A stretch of 64,000 bases of DNA from assembly GCA_965645245.1 (NCBI GenBank), contig OZ287068.1, positions 744,001 to 808,000 of the forward strand, read 5' to 3'. This DNA is from Massalongia carnosa (taxonomy: Eukaryota). Shown piece by piece: positions 36,869 to 47,732 of this stretch. A model generated the notes under the pieces. That model saw nothing but the letters and a program-made list of their open reading frames with translations. It had not been told where the DNA came from and searched no databases. The stretch's first letter is position 1. Each line of letters opens with the position of its first letter. Both the position numbers and the translations under genes were made by a program.

Positions 36869-39457
36869 CTATGGCGGTCCTCGAGTCAGAGTCCGAAGCA
36901 CGTCAAGTCGCTCCTGAGCGGCGCGAAAGGCGGCGTCCGACTCTGGGGAAGAGTGCGCCTGAGCCTTGTGTGAAACCGGGTGAGGATGTGGAGAATGATA
37001 CGGGTGTTGCTGTTGATGTGGCTGTGGGTTTGACTCTGGAAGCCATTGCTGTTGCGGGATAGGAAGCGAAGGCTGCTGCGAGGCGAAGAAGGCAGGATTG
37101 ATGTAAGCACCTGGTGGAATATTAGAGGGGGTTTTTGGGGGCGTAAAGAGCGGTTGTTGGTAAGGTGCGTATGGAGTGGGTGGGTGATTGTAATTGTTGT
37201 TGGGGTAAGGATACTGGGGAGGTGGCTGGGGCGGGTAATTTTGAACGTAATATTGGTGTGAAGGGGATATTTGGTTGTAAGGTACTTGATGACGAGTTGA
37301 CGGGCTTTGTTGTACGAATGGTTGCGGGTATGATTGGTAGGGGGGACTCGGGTTTGGCACTAATGAGGACGTTTGCGCCGGAGGATAAGAGCCAAGGGCA
37401 TTATTGCTAATAGGAGGTGGTGAGGTGTGAAATGTGGTAGTGTCGGGTCGCTGAGGAAGCTCATTCTTTATGTGACTGTTGCTAACTCCGTTGAAACGGT
37501 CGTTTCGACCCCTTTGACCGGTTCCATTTCTCTGATTGTGGTGATGTCCATGATCATTCCCATTCCTGTTTCGGTCACTGAACCCACCACGAGTTCTATG
37601 AGATCCCCGACCGCCTCGGCCACGGTCTTCGCGGCCTCTTCCTCTATTCACGCGGTCTCGCTCTCCTCGGTTTCCTGTTTCGGTGCTTCGTTGCGTATTG
37701 CATGCTTCTATTGGTGCCTCCCGCTGACCCATAATCTCATGAAGGTTGGAGGGTCTTGCCAAAGGCGTATACAATCCGTCGTCTTGATCATTATTTTCAT
37801 TCCTTAATGCAGCTTCGCCATCGCCTTCCAGAGGATGTTCCCTGGGCCTATTATAAGGCTGATTGCGGTTTTGCTGGACATTATGTATGAAACCATCGTT
37901 GACAACGTGTCTTCCCTCACGTCTAGACTGCTTCGTCATCTTCAGCTTTCTCTTATGTTCCGCTTCCGCTTCATCGTCCGAAAACTCCATCTCGGCATCT
38001 CCGACTTCTTCGTCGTGGAGATTTGATGCATCTGAGCCTTTGTATGCTTTCAGAGATTGGGTAAAGACAGAGCTAGAATGTCGATCAACGTAAAATATCT
38101 TGGTCCCTTGAGAAATGCCGACTTCAGAAATTGCAGCTTCGTTGGTAAATCGTACCGAATAATACGGTTGCTGAACCCTACCTAATGTCTCCGCAACTAC
38201 TCCTATTACAGATCGATCTTCAAGACAAAGTAGGGAGCCAAATTCGAGAACTTGGTTTTCACCCGACGTCTTTGCCTTGATTACCACGAGATTCTCCACG
38301 AGATTCTCGACATTTCCGAGTTCCGAGATTTTCATATCTTCCGTGACTGTAATACTCGGCTTGGGGATTACTTCCTCGGGCTTCTCGTTCAATGTTCGTA
38401 AGGGACCAGATGTTGCGGCATTGCCTGATTTTCCTCCGCCATCATCATCTGAGCCGCCATCCTCCTGCATAAGCCTACGAGCCTGCTCCGCGGGATCAAG
38501 CATCTCATAATCGTCTTGATCACTATCATCAGAAGACGAGGAATCAGTTGACAGATCGGACGAGGAAGATTCAATAGGTGATGAGTCAAGCTCGAATTCA
38601 GCTTCCTCAGTTTTAATCTTGGCTGTGGAGGGTACTTCCATAGAGGGACTTTTTGGTATAAGAGTTCTTTCACAATCGACTGCTAATGAAAAGACTTCCT
38701 GATTGAATTGAGGGTTGATGGGGTGCGCCTCCACAGTATCTTCATTTTTTGTAATAGATGCTTGCAGGCCATTACAACCTATAGATACAGCATTCATAGA
38801 AGGCAATTTGGGGGTAATTTCTACGTCGGCGTTCTCCCCATTTGTTGCTTTCGCTGGAGACCTAGCTCCCGCCCTTGAACTACCATCTGCAATTGATCGT
38901 CTATCATGATCCGGTGATGTTGGCTGGATTTTACATTCATTAATGGATAGAGCAGTATTTTCGCACGAGGTCAACCCATTAAGTGAAATAGTTTCTTGAG
39001 GCTCATTAGCCGTAGATAATTCTTTGGTAATCGAAGATAACTCCTCTACCGAATGTATCTTATCCACATCAAAATTGCCGGCCAAGGGTAGTTTTTCAAG
39101 AGCCAGCGGAGGTGCCTCTATTGACTGGGTTGTAACAATATCAATGCCGTCTTTCCAAGAGAGTTCTTTTCCGGAGAGTCCTTTGATTAGTTGAGGTTGG
39201 AGACAGTCTTCAGAAATTGCAGGTGGCGCACCTGTCAAGGTTGAGGTAGCCTCCAGAGCGGAAACTTCTCTCTTGACTTGAGCTTCCTGCAGGGTTGAAG
39301 GCTCCACGGCGCAGTCGTGACTCTTGAGTGGAGCTTCATTCAATGTTGTTAAGGTCTTTATGTCGTTGCCTTTCGGCAAGTGAACCTTTGGCTGTGGCTG
39401 ATGCTCGAAGGTGTGGTCTTCGAAGACATCATTCGTTTCTATTTTTTCTTCAGACAT
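36869..39457 (-). CDS. NAF1: H/ACA snoRNP assembly factor Naf1
   Basis: Gar1/Naf1 core VLEFGSLLCLEDRSVIGVVAETLGRVQQPYYSVRF, YKGSDASNLHDEE..EFSDDEAEAE; RGG-rich and P/Q-rich tail. Confidence 0.92.
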   Translation of the reverse strand: MSEEKIETNDVFEDHTFEHQPQPKVHLPKGNDIKTLTTLNEAPLKSHDCAVEPSTLQEAQVKREVSALEATSTLTGAPPAISEDCLQPQLIKGLSGKELSWKDGIDIVTTQSIEAPPLALEKLPLAGNFDVDKIHSVEELSSITKELSTANEPQETISLNGLTSCENTALSINECKIQPTSPDHDRRSIADGSSRAGARSPAKATNGENADVEITPKLPSMNAVSIGCNGLQASITKNEDTVEAHPINPQFNQEVFSLAVDCERTLIPKSPSMEVPSTAKIKTEEAEFELDSSPIESSSSDLSTDSSSSDDSDQDDYEMLDPAEQARRLMQEDGGSDDDGGGKSGNAATSGPLRTLNEKPEEVIPKPSITVTEDMKISELGNVENLVENLVVIKAKTSGENQVLEFGSLLCLEDRSVIGVVAETLGRVQQPYYSVRFTNEAAISEVGISQGTKIFYVDRHSSSVFTQSLKAYKGSDASNLHDEEVGDAEMEFSDDEAEAEHKRKLKMTKQSRREGRHVVNDGFIHNVQQNRNQPYNRPREHPLEGDGEAALRNENNDQDDGLYTPLARPSNLHEIMGQREAPIEACNTQRSTETGNRGERDRVNRGRGREDRGRGGRGSHRTRGGFSDRNRNGNDHGHHHNQRNGTGQRGRNDRFNGVSNSHIKNELPQRPDTTTFHTSPPPISNNALGSYPPAQTSSLVPNPSPPYQSYPQPFVQQSPSTRHQVPYNQISPSHQYYVQNYPPQPPPQYPYPNNNYNHPPTPYAPYQQPLFTPPKTPSNIPPGAYINPAFFASQQPSLPIPQQQWLPESNPQPHQQQHPYHSPHPHPVSHKAQAHSSPESDAAFRAAQERLDVLRTLTRGPP

Positions 39458-39522
39458 TTTGATGTTCTCTCATGCTACCTTAGTACCTGGGGTAGGTGGT
39501 TTGGATATAACTGCTGTGATGC

Positions 39523-39551
39523 AAATTTTCATGGTAACGTTATTAGGGTTT
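39523..39551 (-). promoter_or_regulatory. RRPE-like TGAAAATTT plus AAACCCTAA box upstream of NAF1
   Basis: Motifs lie 66-94 bp upstream of the ATG of a ribosome-biogenesis gene; they are short and could be chance matches. Confidence 0.3.
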
Positions 39552-40000
39552 CGCTAAGAATTAAGTTACAGTGAATTGAAGATCCCGCAAACGTCTAAAA
39601 ATTGGTCTGTATTTTACTACTCGTGTCATCTCGGTTTTGTTCATATACTAACCCGGGGACTTTTGGGCGACACGAGTAAGTATACGGTATCTAGGTATGT
39701 AATCGCATTGCTTAGCACTGGAAAGCATCCTTTGAATCTTTGAGTATAAGACTCACTTACCCAAAGCCCTTTGGATATGGATAAAGTCTGGAAATTACTG
39801 ATCAGCGGTCAAGTTCATATCGATTCTGGGTAATCTCATTAAGCGATTCGTTTACATGAGCTATCCTCGATCTGGCCTTATAATAAAGCTGATGTTTGAA
39901 GCTGCTTTATTGAAAGAGTCGGGAACCTTTATCCATAAAGTGCATGATCAAAACCTCATATTTCAACTGTCCGTTCTGCTCATTTGATGGTTAAGGATCT

Positions 40001-40639
40001 TCACGCCTCGCTGTGCCTTACTCCAACTTCTGGGTTTGGTATATTGGTCTGCTCTTCAAAGCCAACATACTTCAATTCAGCGTCCTCCTCCGCCACCTGT
40101 GCTAGCTTGTCGCTGTCTATTTTATTTTCCGAGCCGCTTTGTTCAACGATATCCGCAGCTGCCTCCGCGCTAGGTGACTCTTCTTCTCCCGCCTCGTCAT
40201 CCCCATCATCATCCTTACCCACATCAAGTCTCTCTGCATCCCCGTTATAAACCACCCACCACCCGATCTTCGCCCCTTTCGCCAAATGATTCCGTAATGT
40301 CCCCAAAGCTCCCTCATTCCCCCCCTCCTCAAGCAAGGCGGAAACTGTGGCAGCATCAACGCTCAGCCCACAATCCCTCACTTGATCCGCGACGAAAGCG
40401 AAATCAGAGGCAATATCAAGATCCAAGTCGAGCGAGGGATCGTATTGTTCGACAAACTGTAAGTTTGGCAGTTGTTCCATGACACCCGGCCAAAGCTTGC
40501 GAAAGTTTGCACGAAGCGCTTCTGAGGTAGTGGCGGACATGATCCAACTCGGAGAGGCTGTTTCAATACCCTTATATAGAACATGGAAGACAATTGGTTT
40601 TCGAGACCATTTAAAGCCGTGAACGAGGTAGAGAGGCAT
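40001..40639 (-). CDS. FlbE-like developmental regulator family protein
   Basis: MPLYLVHGFKW, LPNLQFVEQYDP, FAFVAD, LRNHLAKGAKIGWWVVYNGDAER followed by an acidic tail, resembling the FlbE family pattern. Confidence 0.75.
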   Translation of the reverse strand: MPLYLVHGFKWSRKPIVFHVLYKGIETASPSWIMSATTSEALRANFRKLWPGVMEQLPNLQFVEQYDPSLDLDLDIASDFAFVADQVRDCGLSVDAATVSALLEEGGNEGALGTLRNHLAKGAKIGWWVVYNGDAERLDVGKDDDGDDEAGEEESPSAEAAADIVEQSGSENKIDSDKLAQVAEEDAELKYVGFEEQTNIPNPEVGVRHSEA

Positions 40640-41072
40640 TTTCACATGAGAGGAAGCACCAGAGCTTTGTTTAGAGTGGATGTGAGGGACATAGAAGGAG
40701 GTATTCAATTAGTCGTCAATGTACGGAATATGTGAACGTTATACATACTTTGGCCAAAAACGAACCGATATGCTCAACGGACAAGATTTTATCCCATCAA
40801 TGAGGGCTAGGCGGCGGCACATGCATGCAGGCCACAAAACTCAATTTGACAACTGGCAACCCTAAGTTTGACAATTTTTTCTGATTCCGTCAAGTAACTT
40901 TAAAGAAAGAGCATAATATGTACCCGCAATCACTGCGTCGTTGAATTTTCAAAAGGAAACATTTAAAATAAGAACCACAAAGCCTCTGTTGTTATAGGCG
41001 GTTTGGTGTATGGAAATCCATATAATGTTTTAATTACCCTTTTGTTCCCACCCCGCTCAGATATACCTACTT

Positions 41073-41950
41073 CTAGAAAATTCGTGACCATGATTTGACA
41101 GATTGGTAAACTATAAGGTCATGGGCAGAGAAAAGTATTGGGGAAATGCTTTTCATTATCAGATATGCCGACGGTAACGCCAGAGCTGATGGAGAGGTAT
41201 ATTTTTCTAGGGGAAAAACATCACATTCATCAATGGAATTGGGCTCGTTCTCTTCTCTCATTCCTCTAACTAAATCGACCATCACGTAATATATCGAACC
41301 TCCAATATAATTGACACGACGGAACGAGCAAAGGATAGCTATCATACCTACCCCTCTCATCCATTGAGCCAACTCCACCTCCTGTTCCTCGATCACGACC
41401 TGTCTACCACTGAGAACGAGCATGTTTATAGCCAGACACAGTGATACCATGGAGGAAGGCGGCTCTGCATAACCACGCGGTGTGAACGGGAATGGTCTCA
41501 AGTCCCAATTCTCTAGTACTGTATGCTTGCGAAGAGAGAACTGAGATAATTTTGCAAGATGATATAACAGGAGACCCTCTCGTATCGGCAGCAAGGTTGT
41601 ATTAATATGCATGCGTTTGGGATCGTTGACTTCAATGAGTTCTAGGGTATAGCCAATAGGGAGTGCGTTTCGAAGGTATTCGACGCCTTTCGTGTTCGTC
41701 ACATGGCTGAGCTGTCCGAGCAGAGTTTTGCCAAAGCTCATGAAATCGGCGGTTTCGAGTGCCGGCCTGCTTTCATTGATGGCCCATCTACTTTATGTTC
41801 AGTCGTTAATATCCGTACAATCATAGATTCTATCCGGTATCAGAGGCTCAGGGGCTCGCACAATCCGCGATCTCGGCCCAACTGCTCCAAAATTCCCGCA
41901 TAGGCTAGTTCGACCTCGTTCATGCGGCAACCCAAAGCAAATACGCATGC
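41073..41950 (-). pseudogene. Amidinotransferase (glycine/inosamine-phosphate amidinotransferase family) pseudogene fragment
   Basis: WAINESRPALETADFMSFG, QLSHVTN..G, MHIN (for MHID), GGSIYYVMVDLVR (for GG.FHC.T.DL.R); in-frame stops upstream. Confidence 0.75.
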
Positions 41951-42069
41951 TAGAGGTTTATCCGCCCACTTTGCGCCAATTGACGTCTCGGGGCCTATAC
42001 ACTTGCACTCCTTGTCGAAGGATAGCTGCTAATCGTGCTAGACCACTTTCGGAATGCAGAGAGCACCCC

Positions 42070-42545
42070 TCAGTGCTTACCGGCTCAAACACGCTACCGG
42101 CTCAAACACGCATTTTCAACATTTTACACGTCAACAATCAACAATATAATGATCAATTCATATTCAGCTATCGAGGATCGAACTGAAAGTGCAATGGCCG
42201 CGTTACACGATGATTTGTAAACTAATTGTCGAGCTGCAGCCATAGCTTTTGACGCTGCCCTTCGTACGGTTCAAAAACGATGAAAGAAGGCAACTCCAAA
42301 AGCAGTCGATCTAGTATCAACAAAGCTCTGACGGATGAGTACGCCGCGCAACGGGTTGGGTTTTTGCCACAAAATTGCTTTTTCGCCACCGGGTTTTTCT
42401 CTCAAAACTCAACCCGGACACCAAAAATCATAGTGTTCGCCACAAACGGGTTGGGTTTTCAGTAGAGAAACCCGACCCGTTGCGCGGCGTACGGATAAGC
42501 AAGAACAAGCTTTTCGTGATTACATCGAGCGATTGGACAAGGGAT
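42070..42545 (+). mobile_element. Truncated pogo/Fot1 relic (5' end and HTH of the transposase)
   Basis: MINSYSAIEDR..*TNCRAAAIAFD..RTVQKR*..KALTDE[MITE]QEQAFRDYIERLDK aligns by eye to the N-terminus of the pogo transposase at 44758. Confidence 0.75.
42340..42491. mobile_element. 152-bp non-autonomous hAT-like MITE
   Basis: 24-bp TIR TACGCCGCGCAACGGGTYGGGTTT with one mismatch; 8-bp TSD CGGATGAG / CGGATAAG; removing it restores KALTDEQEQA. Confidence 0.85.
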
Positions 42546-42650
42546 TAAAAATTATCTGATTCGTTTTGAGAATCGTTGTCATGAAACGGCTTCGAACCAA
42601 AAGGATCTCGGCCTTATCCGTAGTTGCCCCCTCTATCCTGTCCCTACCTA

Positions 42651-42810
42651 CCGTACCGCAGGTTCATTGGAGCTATCGCAGGTTCATTGGACCTACCGCA
42701 GGTTCATTGGACCTACCGCAGGTTCATTGGACCTAACGCAGATTCATTGGACCTACCGCGGGTTCATTGGACCTACCGCAGGTTCATTAGACCTACCACA
42801 GGTTCATTGG
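42651..42810. repeat. Tandem array, 8 x 20 bp ACCTACCGCAGGTTCATTGG
   Basis: Counted directly; no unique spacers. Confidence 0.95.
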
Positions 42811-42905
42811 TCAGTGCGCGCTGTTCCAACCTTTCTCGATGCGGTTAGATCGAGTACGGCTCCGCCTCCGATCTTCGAAACCATAATTACCCGGTCCCCA
42901 TTAGG

Positions 42906-43120
42906 TGTCTTCGTATTAACTTAGGAAAAGGAGATGAATAGGAGACATCGAAGATCAAGGAAACAAAGGGGTAAGGAGGTGAGGAACAGATATAAAAGAA
43001 GGGGTCGAGTCTCGAAAGTTCTGGCTCCTTGTCCGACGCCTTGAATAGCCAATCTAGCCTAGCTGTAGCTATAGACTCAGTCAATTAGAAAGCTTGACCA
43101 TCCAATCCAGTCCCTTGACA
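42906..43120 (+). mobile_element. Possible short LTR remnant
   Basis: TGTC...GACA termini and internal TATAAAAG, but no matching TSD. Confidence 0.35.
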
Positions 43121-43135
43121 ATCATACTCTTGATC

Positions 43136-44165
43136 TGTAATGGGCTACGAGACCAGTAAGCTTATCACGAGCGAAACTGATCTCGAAAGGGGAAATGCTC
43201 AGCGTGAGAGGAGGAAGATAACTACTACGTGCTAGTCTCCGAGAGTATATGTGATCCAAAGAACTAATGGATGTGGAAGTGCTTGGACCAAGAGATCTCG
43301 TCCGAGACCCAAACGTAGGTTGTTCATAGAATAAAGACTAATTGCTAACGAATACTACAAGATTCGTTCTGATATTTATCCTACTCACCCCAAGCCTATA
43401 GCCTTGGGAGCTTTGGAACCTTAGGAGCTTTGCAAGCCTTGGGAGTCTTGCGAGCATTACAGCCTTGCAATCCACATCCGACTTTATCGCATTACATCCA
43501 ACCATCCCTCAGGATCCATCCACGAACTCGGCGTTCGCTGGATCATCTAGTCAGCCTCGAGCAGCCTTCTAGATCTTCCCTTGCAAGGTAGAACAATTCT
43601 ACCCCCGGCTAGATCCCTCACTACATGCCTCAGGCTATGTAGCTTCATTTCGCCGTCACCACTACCTAGTGATGGAAGGTTACCTCCGACTGAATACCTC
43701 GCTACACTGCGGACCTGCCTCTAGACACAAGGTCTAGACAACGAGGTCATGTAGGTTCATTCAGCCGACATCACTACCAACGTAGTAATAAAGGTTGAAG
43801 CTGAAGTTTACACCGGGGAGCCTAGCTCAAACTGCGTCCAGCGAGCCGTGCCTCCTGCTACCTCTCTTGAACCATCAAGAGATCCAGTAGCTCCGAGTAG
43901 GCCAGTAGATTCCATATAGAGTTCCTCGGCGTCTCCACAGGAGTCCGCCTTACACTCCATGGCAATCTACCACCACGGCCTCGACAGGTGTTTGATCTGT
44001 AAGTAGTCAAGAACGTGATAACAATAACTCCGAAGTTTCGGGGCAAGATGGCAGTGTGACAGCCTCGACGGCTTATGCGACTTCGTACTACGGCATGGTC
44101 CACGCTAGTTAATCCCGCAACCGCCATAGGCGATCACGTATCCCTCTAGCGCCATCCGTATTACA
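43136..44165. mobile_element. Solo LTR, 1030 bp, RIP-like composition
   Basis: TGTAAT...ATTACA termini flanked by an exact 5-bp TSD TGATC (43131-43135 / 44166-44170); rich in TAG/CTA. Confidence 0.8.
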
Positions 44166-44643
44166 TGATCATCAGTGACTGAAGCGATTTCTTGATCGAA
44201 ACCCCGAGTTTCATGTACGAAAACAGAAGCCTCTCGCGATCGATTGAAAATATTACCACGACATTAACGATATGATTGAATATTTCAGCAAATTAGAAAG
44301 GATGATGAGGAAAAAGAAAATAATGAAGAACGAAACAAACTTTCGAAATTGAACGCGAACAAGCTCAAATAGTAATCATCTTGAATTCACGAAAGCCTCT
44401 TTGTTGAAATAGGTATATGAATATGGCTATATGGCTATGATAAAAATGGTAACGATAAAGAGTACTGTTCAGCAGTCTTTGTCTCATAACTGGTCACCCT
44501 CTGCTAAGCGAGGTGATAAGATTATACGAGCCGATCTTATCTAATATCTAAGCTAAGCCTAATACGGCATATATGGTTTCCGTAGGTGCTCTGTCCATCT
44601 TGGGCAGTCGTAGGTGCTACGAAGTTCTGTTAGGAGTTGGATA

Positions 44644-46557
44644 ATCGTGCCAAAACACTAAACCCCAACCGAGTCAGGGTCTAGTGCCCATCACCCTACT
44701 GACGCACTTTTCCCATTTTTACTACCATTTCCACCACGTCGTTCATCCACCACCACCATGACTAATTCATATTCTAATAAGGAGGATCGAATTGTTGACG
44801 CTATAAACGCGTGGGACACGGGTGAATTTCGAAGTATACGCGCAGCAGCCATTGATTTTGACGTGGAAGTTCGTACTCTTCAAAGACGACTTGCTGGAGG
44901 AGGTTCGCGCATTGGCCGAACTCCCCCCAAGGCGTTATCTGATGAACAGGAATTGGCTATTTGTGATTACATTCGAATGCTCGATCAAGCTGAACAATCA
45001 GCCAGATTTCCAATGGTTCGTGGAGCTGCCAATTATCTACTTCGAGAAGCTCATTTAGACGCCTTCACTCCCCCCCACATCGTCAGCAATTCTTGGACTA
45101 AACGTTTCCTCAATCGCAATCCTCAGTTCTTCAAACGAAAATAAAAACCTTTGGCGGCCGAGCGAAAACACGCGCACAATGCAAAGGACATACGTGAACA
45201 TTTCGAGGCATATCGGGCTGCGCGCGAGGCGCGGGGAATAGTGGACGAGGATGTTTGGAACATGGATGAAACGGGCTTTCGAATTGGCTGTGGCAGGGCT
45301 CATTGGGTGGTGTCAGGTCATTCCAGAGAGCCTCTGTTGTTGACAGACCCAGACAACAGAGAATACGTCACCTCCTGTGAGTGTATTAGTGCTGGTGGTC
45401 GAGACATTCCTCTAATGGTGATTATCGCGGGGGTTTTGATTCTCGAAAAATGGGCACAGCAGAACGACCTGAATGACGATGTTTTGTTGACTACTAGTCC
45501 TACCGGCTATTCCAATGATGACTTGGCCATTGATTGGCTGAAATATTTTGATAAACACCGTCGAAAGGGTCAGGTAGGTGCCTGGCGTATGTTGATTATG
45601 GACGGATATGGATCTCATATGACATACGAGTTCTTTACATATGCCAAACGAAATCAGATTGAATTGTTTCGTTTGCCACCTCATTCAACACATCTCACTC
45701 AGCCATTGGATGTAGGATGTTTTCAGCCATTTAAACATTATCATTCCGAAGCCACTGACGAACTGGTACGACTCGGAGGGGCAGATTTCGACAAACTCGA
45801 CTTTTTGTCGATTTTTCAGCGCATGCGAAATCAAACATTCACCTCGGCCACTATATTATCGTCATTCGGAAACACGGGTTTGGTGCCTTACAATCCCGAT
45901 GTGGTAATTCGAAAGTTGAAGGCCATTCAGACCCGAAGACCTGCTACCCCGCCCCCACCTTCGTCAGCCCCATTGCTCGCCAGAACGCCCCGTACGACTA
46001 AAGAGGTGGTTGAATACGGTATGCGTCTCCGTATGAGTCTGGCCAAATACAAGGTGCTCGACAACGAATGGGAACGTCATGTAGGGCGATTTGTGAAGGG
46101 TTCCATTTCCAGCGCTCATGCACGTCAGATTGTTGAACGGGACCTTCTGGCCAGTCATCAACAATCCGTCGCAAAGGCGGCCCGTAAAAAACTGGATGGA
46201 AAGGTCGCCCAGAAGGGAGGGGTCATAACCGTGGGGGACATACGAGCCAAAACCTCAAAACGCTGTCAGAATGAGGTGGAAATGACCAGGCTGGCCTATG
46301 AATGGGCCCCACTAGCTGCTGAAAGAAGCAGATAGCCCTGGACAAAAGGTATAAACGCATCGCTCGATCGATGCCCAGGCAAGCAAAGCTGTTTTACCAG
46401 CGTCATAATCAATGAAATCTTGATTAACCGTTGTTGTCCCCAATTTGTAGCGGAAATGGTAGTAAAAATGGGAAAAGTGCGTCAGTAGGCTGAATGCGTC
46501 AGTAGGGTGATCGGCACTAGACCCTGACTCGGTTGGGGTTTAGTGTTTTGGCACGAT
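44644..46557 (+). mobile_element. Full-length pogo/Fot1 (Tc1/mariner) DNA transposon, 1914 bp
   Basis: Long near-perfect TIRs starting ATCGTGCCAAAACACTAAACCCCAACCGAGTCAGGGTCTAGTGCC; TA flanks at 44642-44643 and 46558-46559. Confidence 0.93.
44758..46335 (+). pseudogene. pogo/Fot1 transposase (HTH, CENP-B-like, DDE_1) with a premature stop
   Basis: WNMDETG, IMDGYGSH, LPPHSTHLTQPLDVG; in-frame TAA at 45142-45144 (RK*KPLA, likely CAA>TAA). Confidence 0.9.
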
Positions 46558-46567
46558 TATTCAATAC

Positions 46568-46765
46568 CTAGTTGTTCGAGCCCATGGAGACGGTCGGGAT
46601 ATCCACCACCTTAGTCGCCAGTTTATCCTCAATCTCGCGGATGAGGAGATTGAGGTCCCAGCGGTCGGCGAACGGGCAGCGGCCGTCGCACACCAGACGC
46701 AGCAGGTTCCGGCCGTCGTAGTCACTTCGGTCGGCCACGGTGGGCCAGCAATCTCGGAAGCTCAT
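46568..46765 (-). pseudogene. N-terminal exon of a phosphotransferase/kinase-like (APH-like) fungal protein, truncated next to the pogo insertion
   Basis: WP...DYDGRNLL.LV..G..PF...WDLNLLIREIE..L...VVDIP.VS.GSNN recalled as the start of a fungal APH-like family; no downstream exons found. Confidence 0.45.
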
Positions 46766-47732
46766 GGTGGGACGGTACGGGAAACGGAAGAGGCAGCGAT
46801 CAGACGAGCGCCGGGTGCAAAGACAGAGAAGCTGAGAGTAAAGGCGGAGGAGGGTGGGAGAAATTGGTTTGGGGTTGTTAGTGGGACGCCACATGTATGT
46901 GTTGCGGCAAATTTAGCGATATTTGCGAATGGCCGGGTGCCATTTGCGAACGGGCCTTGATCAGATAGCAACGTACGGATTGAAGCTGCCATCGGAGGTC
47001 GGAGCCCAAGAGTCTAGCGCGAGGGATGGGCCATTGGCTGAATGACATATTTCTGTAAGCCCCACTCCTCATACGGGCTCTCGCTCCTGCCTTCTTCTAG
47101 AATATATAATTTTCTAATTTATCAAATAGACAACAAAGAAGTTTTTCCGAATCCTACGACAATATGGCTTGAGTCTGGCTCAAACATTCCGCTAGCGGAT
47201 TTCTCCCAGGCCAGAAATCCGCCCAGCAAACTGTCACATGTTGGGCTATGAGTATGTTCTGGGCGGAAATTTTCACCCAAGAACTTAGGTTAGTATAGTA
47301 ATCTGGTCACTGTAAGAATACTTCTAAATATTACAATCTCTATAAAATCTATTCAGTCCGGCTGAAAAATCTCGATCGTGGGTGCCTGCCTACCTCGCGG
47401 CTCGTCGAGAACCTCTCCAAACGAAAGATGTTTGTGAATCGAGTACGGTTGCCTTAGCTGAAGCAGATTTGACCTTGATTTTCGCATTGGTAGGAAGTAG
47501 TAGTTTAGTAACTGTTGTTGCGAGAGCCGCAAGGAATTGGCTCATGTAGTAAACAAAATCTACTTAGGACTGGCCAAACGTCACAGAGCTGCTTATATAA
47601 GCAGAGTCCTGTGGCTGTGCGCTTGGGCTTGTTAACTCTCCCGGCCAGACAGTACTCTACCTCATCAAGCCAACCATCTCTTGGAGTATTGCGAGGCCGT
47701 GACACCCTCTTGCCAAGACTGCCCGGAATTGG

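Noticed and set aside
42493..42650. Exact Starship terminal direct repeat (e.g. TTAC-type)
   Set aside because: Cannot be assigned without the other end or an empty allele; short matches are expected by chance
42624..42924. ORFs with WTYRRFIG repeats
   Set aside because: Translation of the 20-bp tandem array
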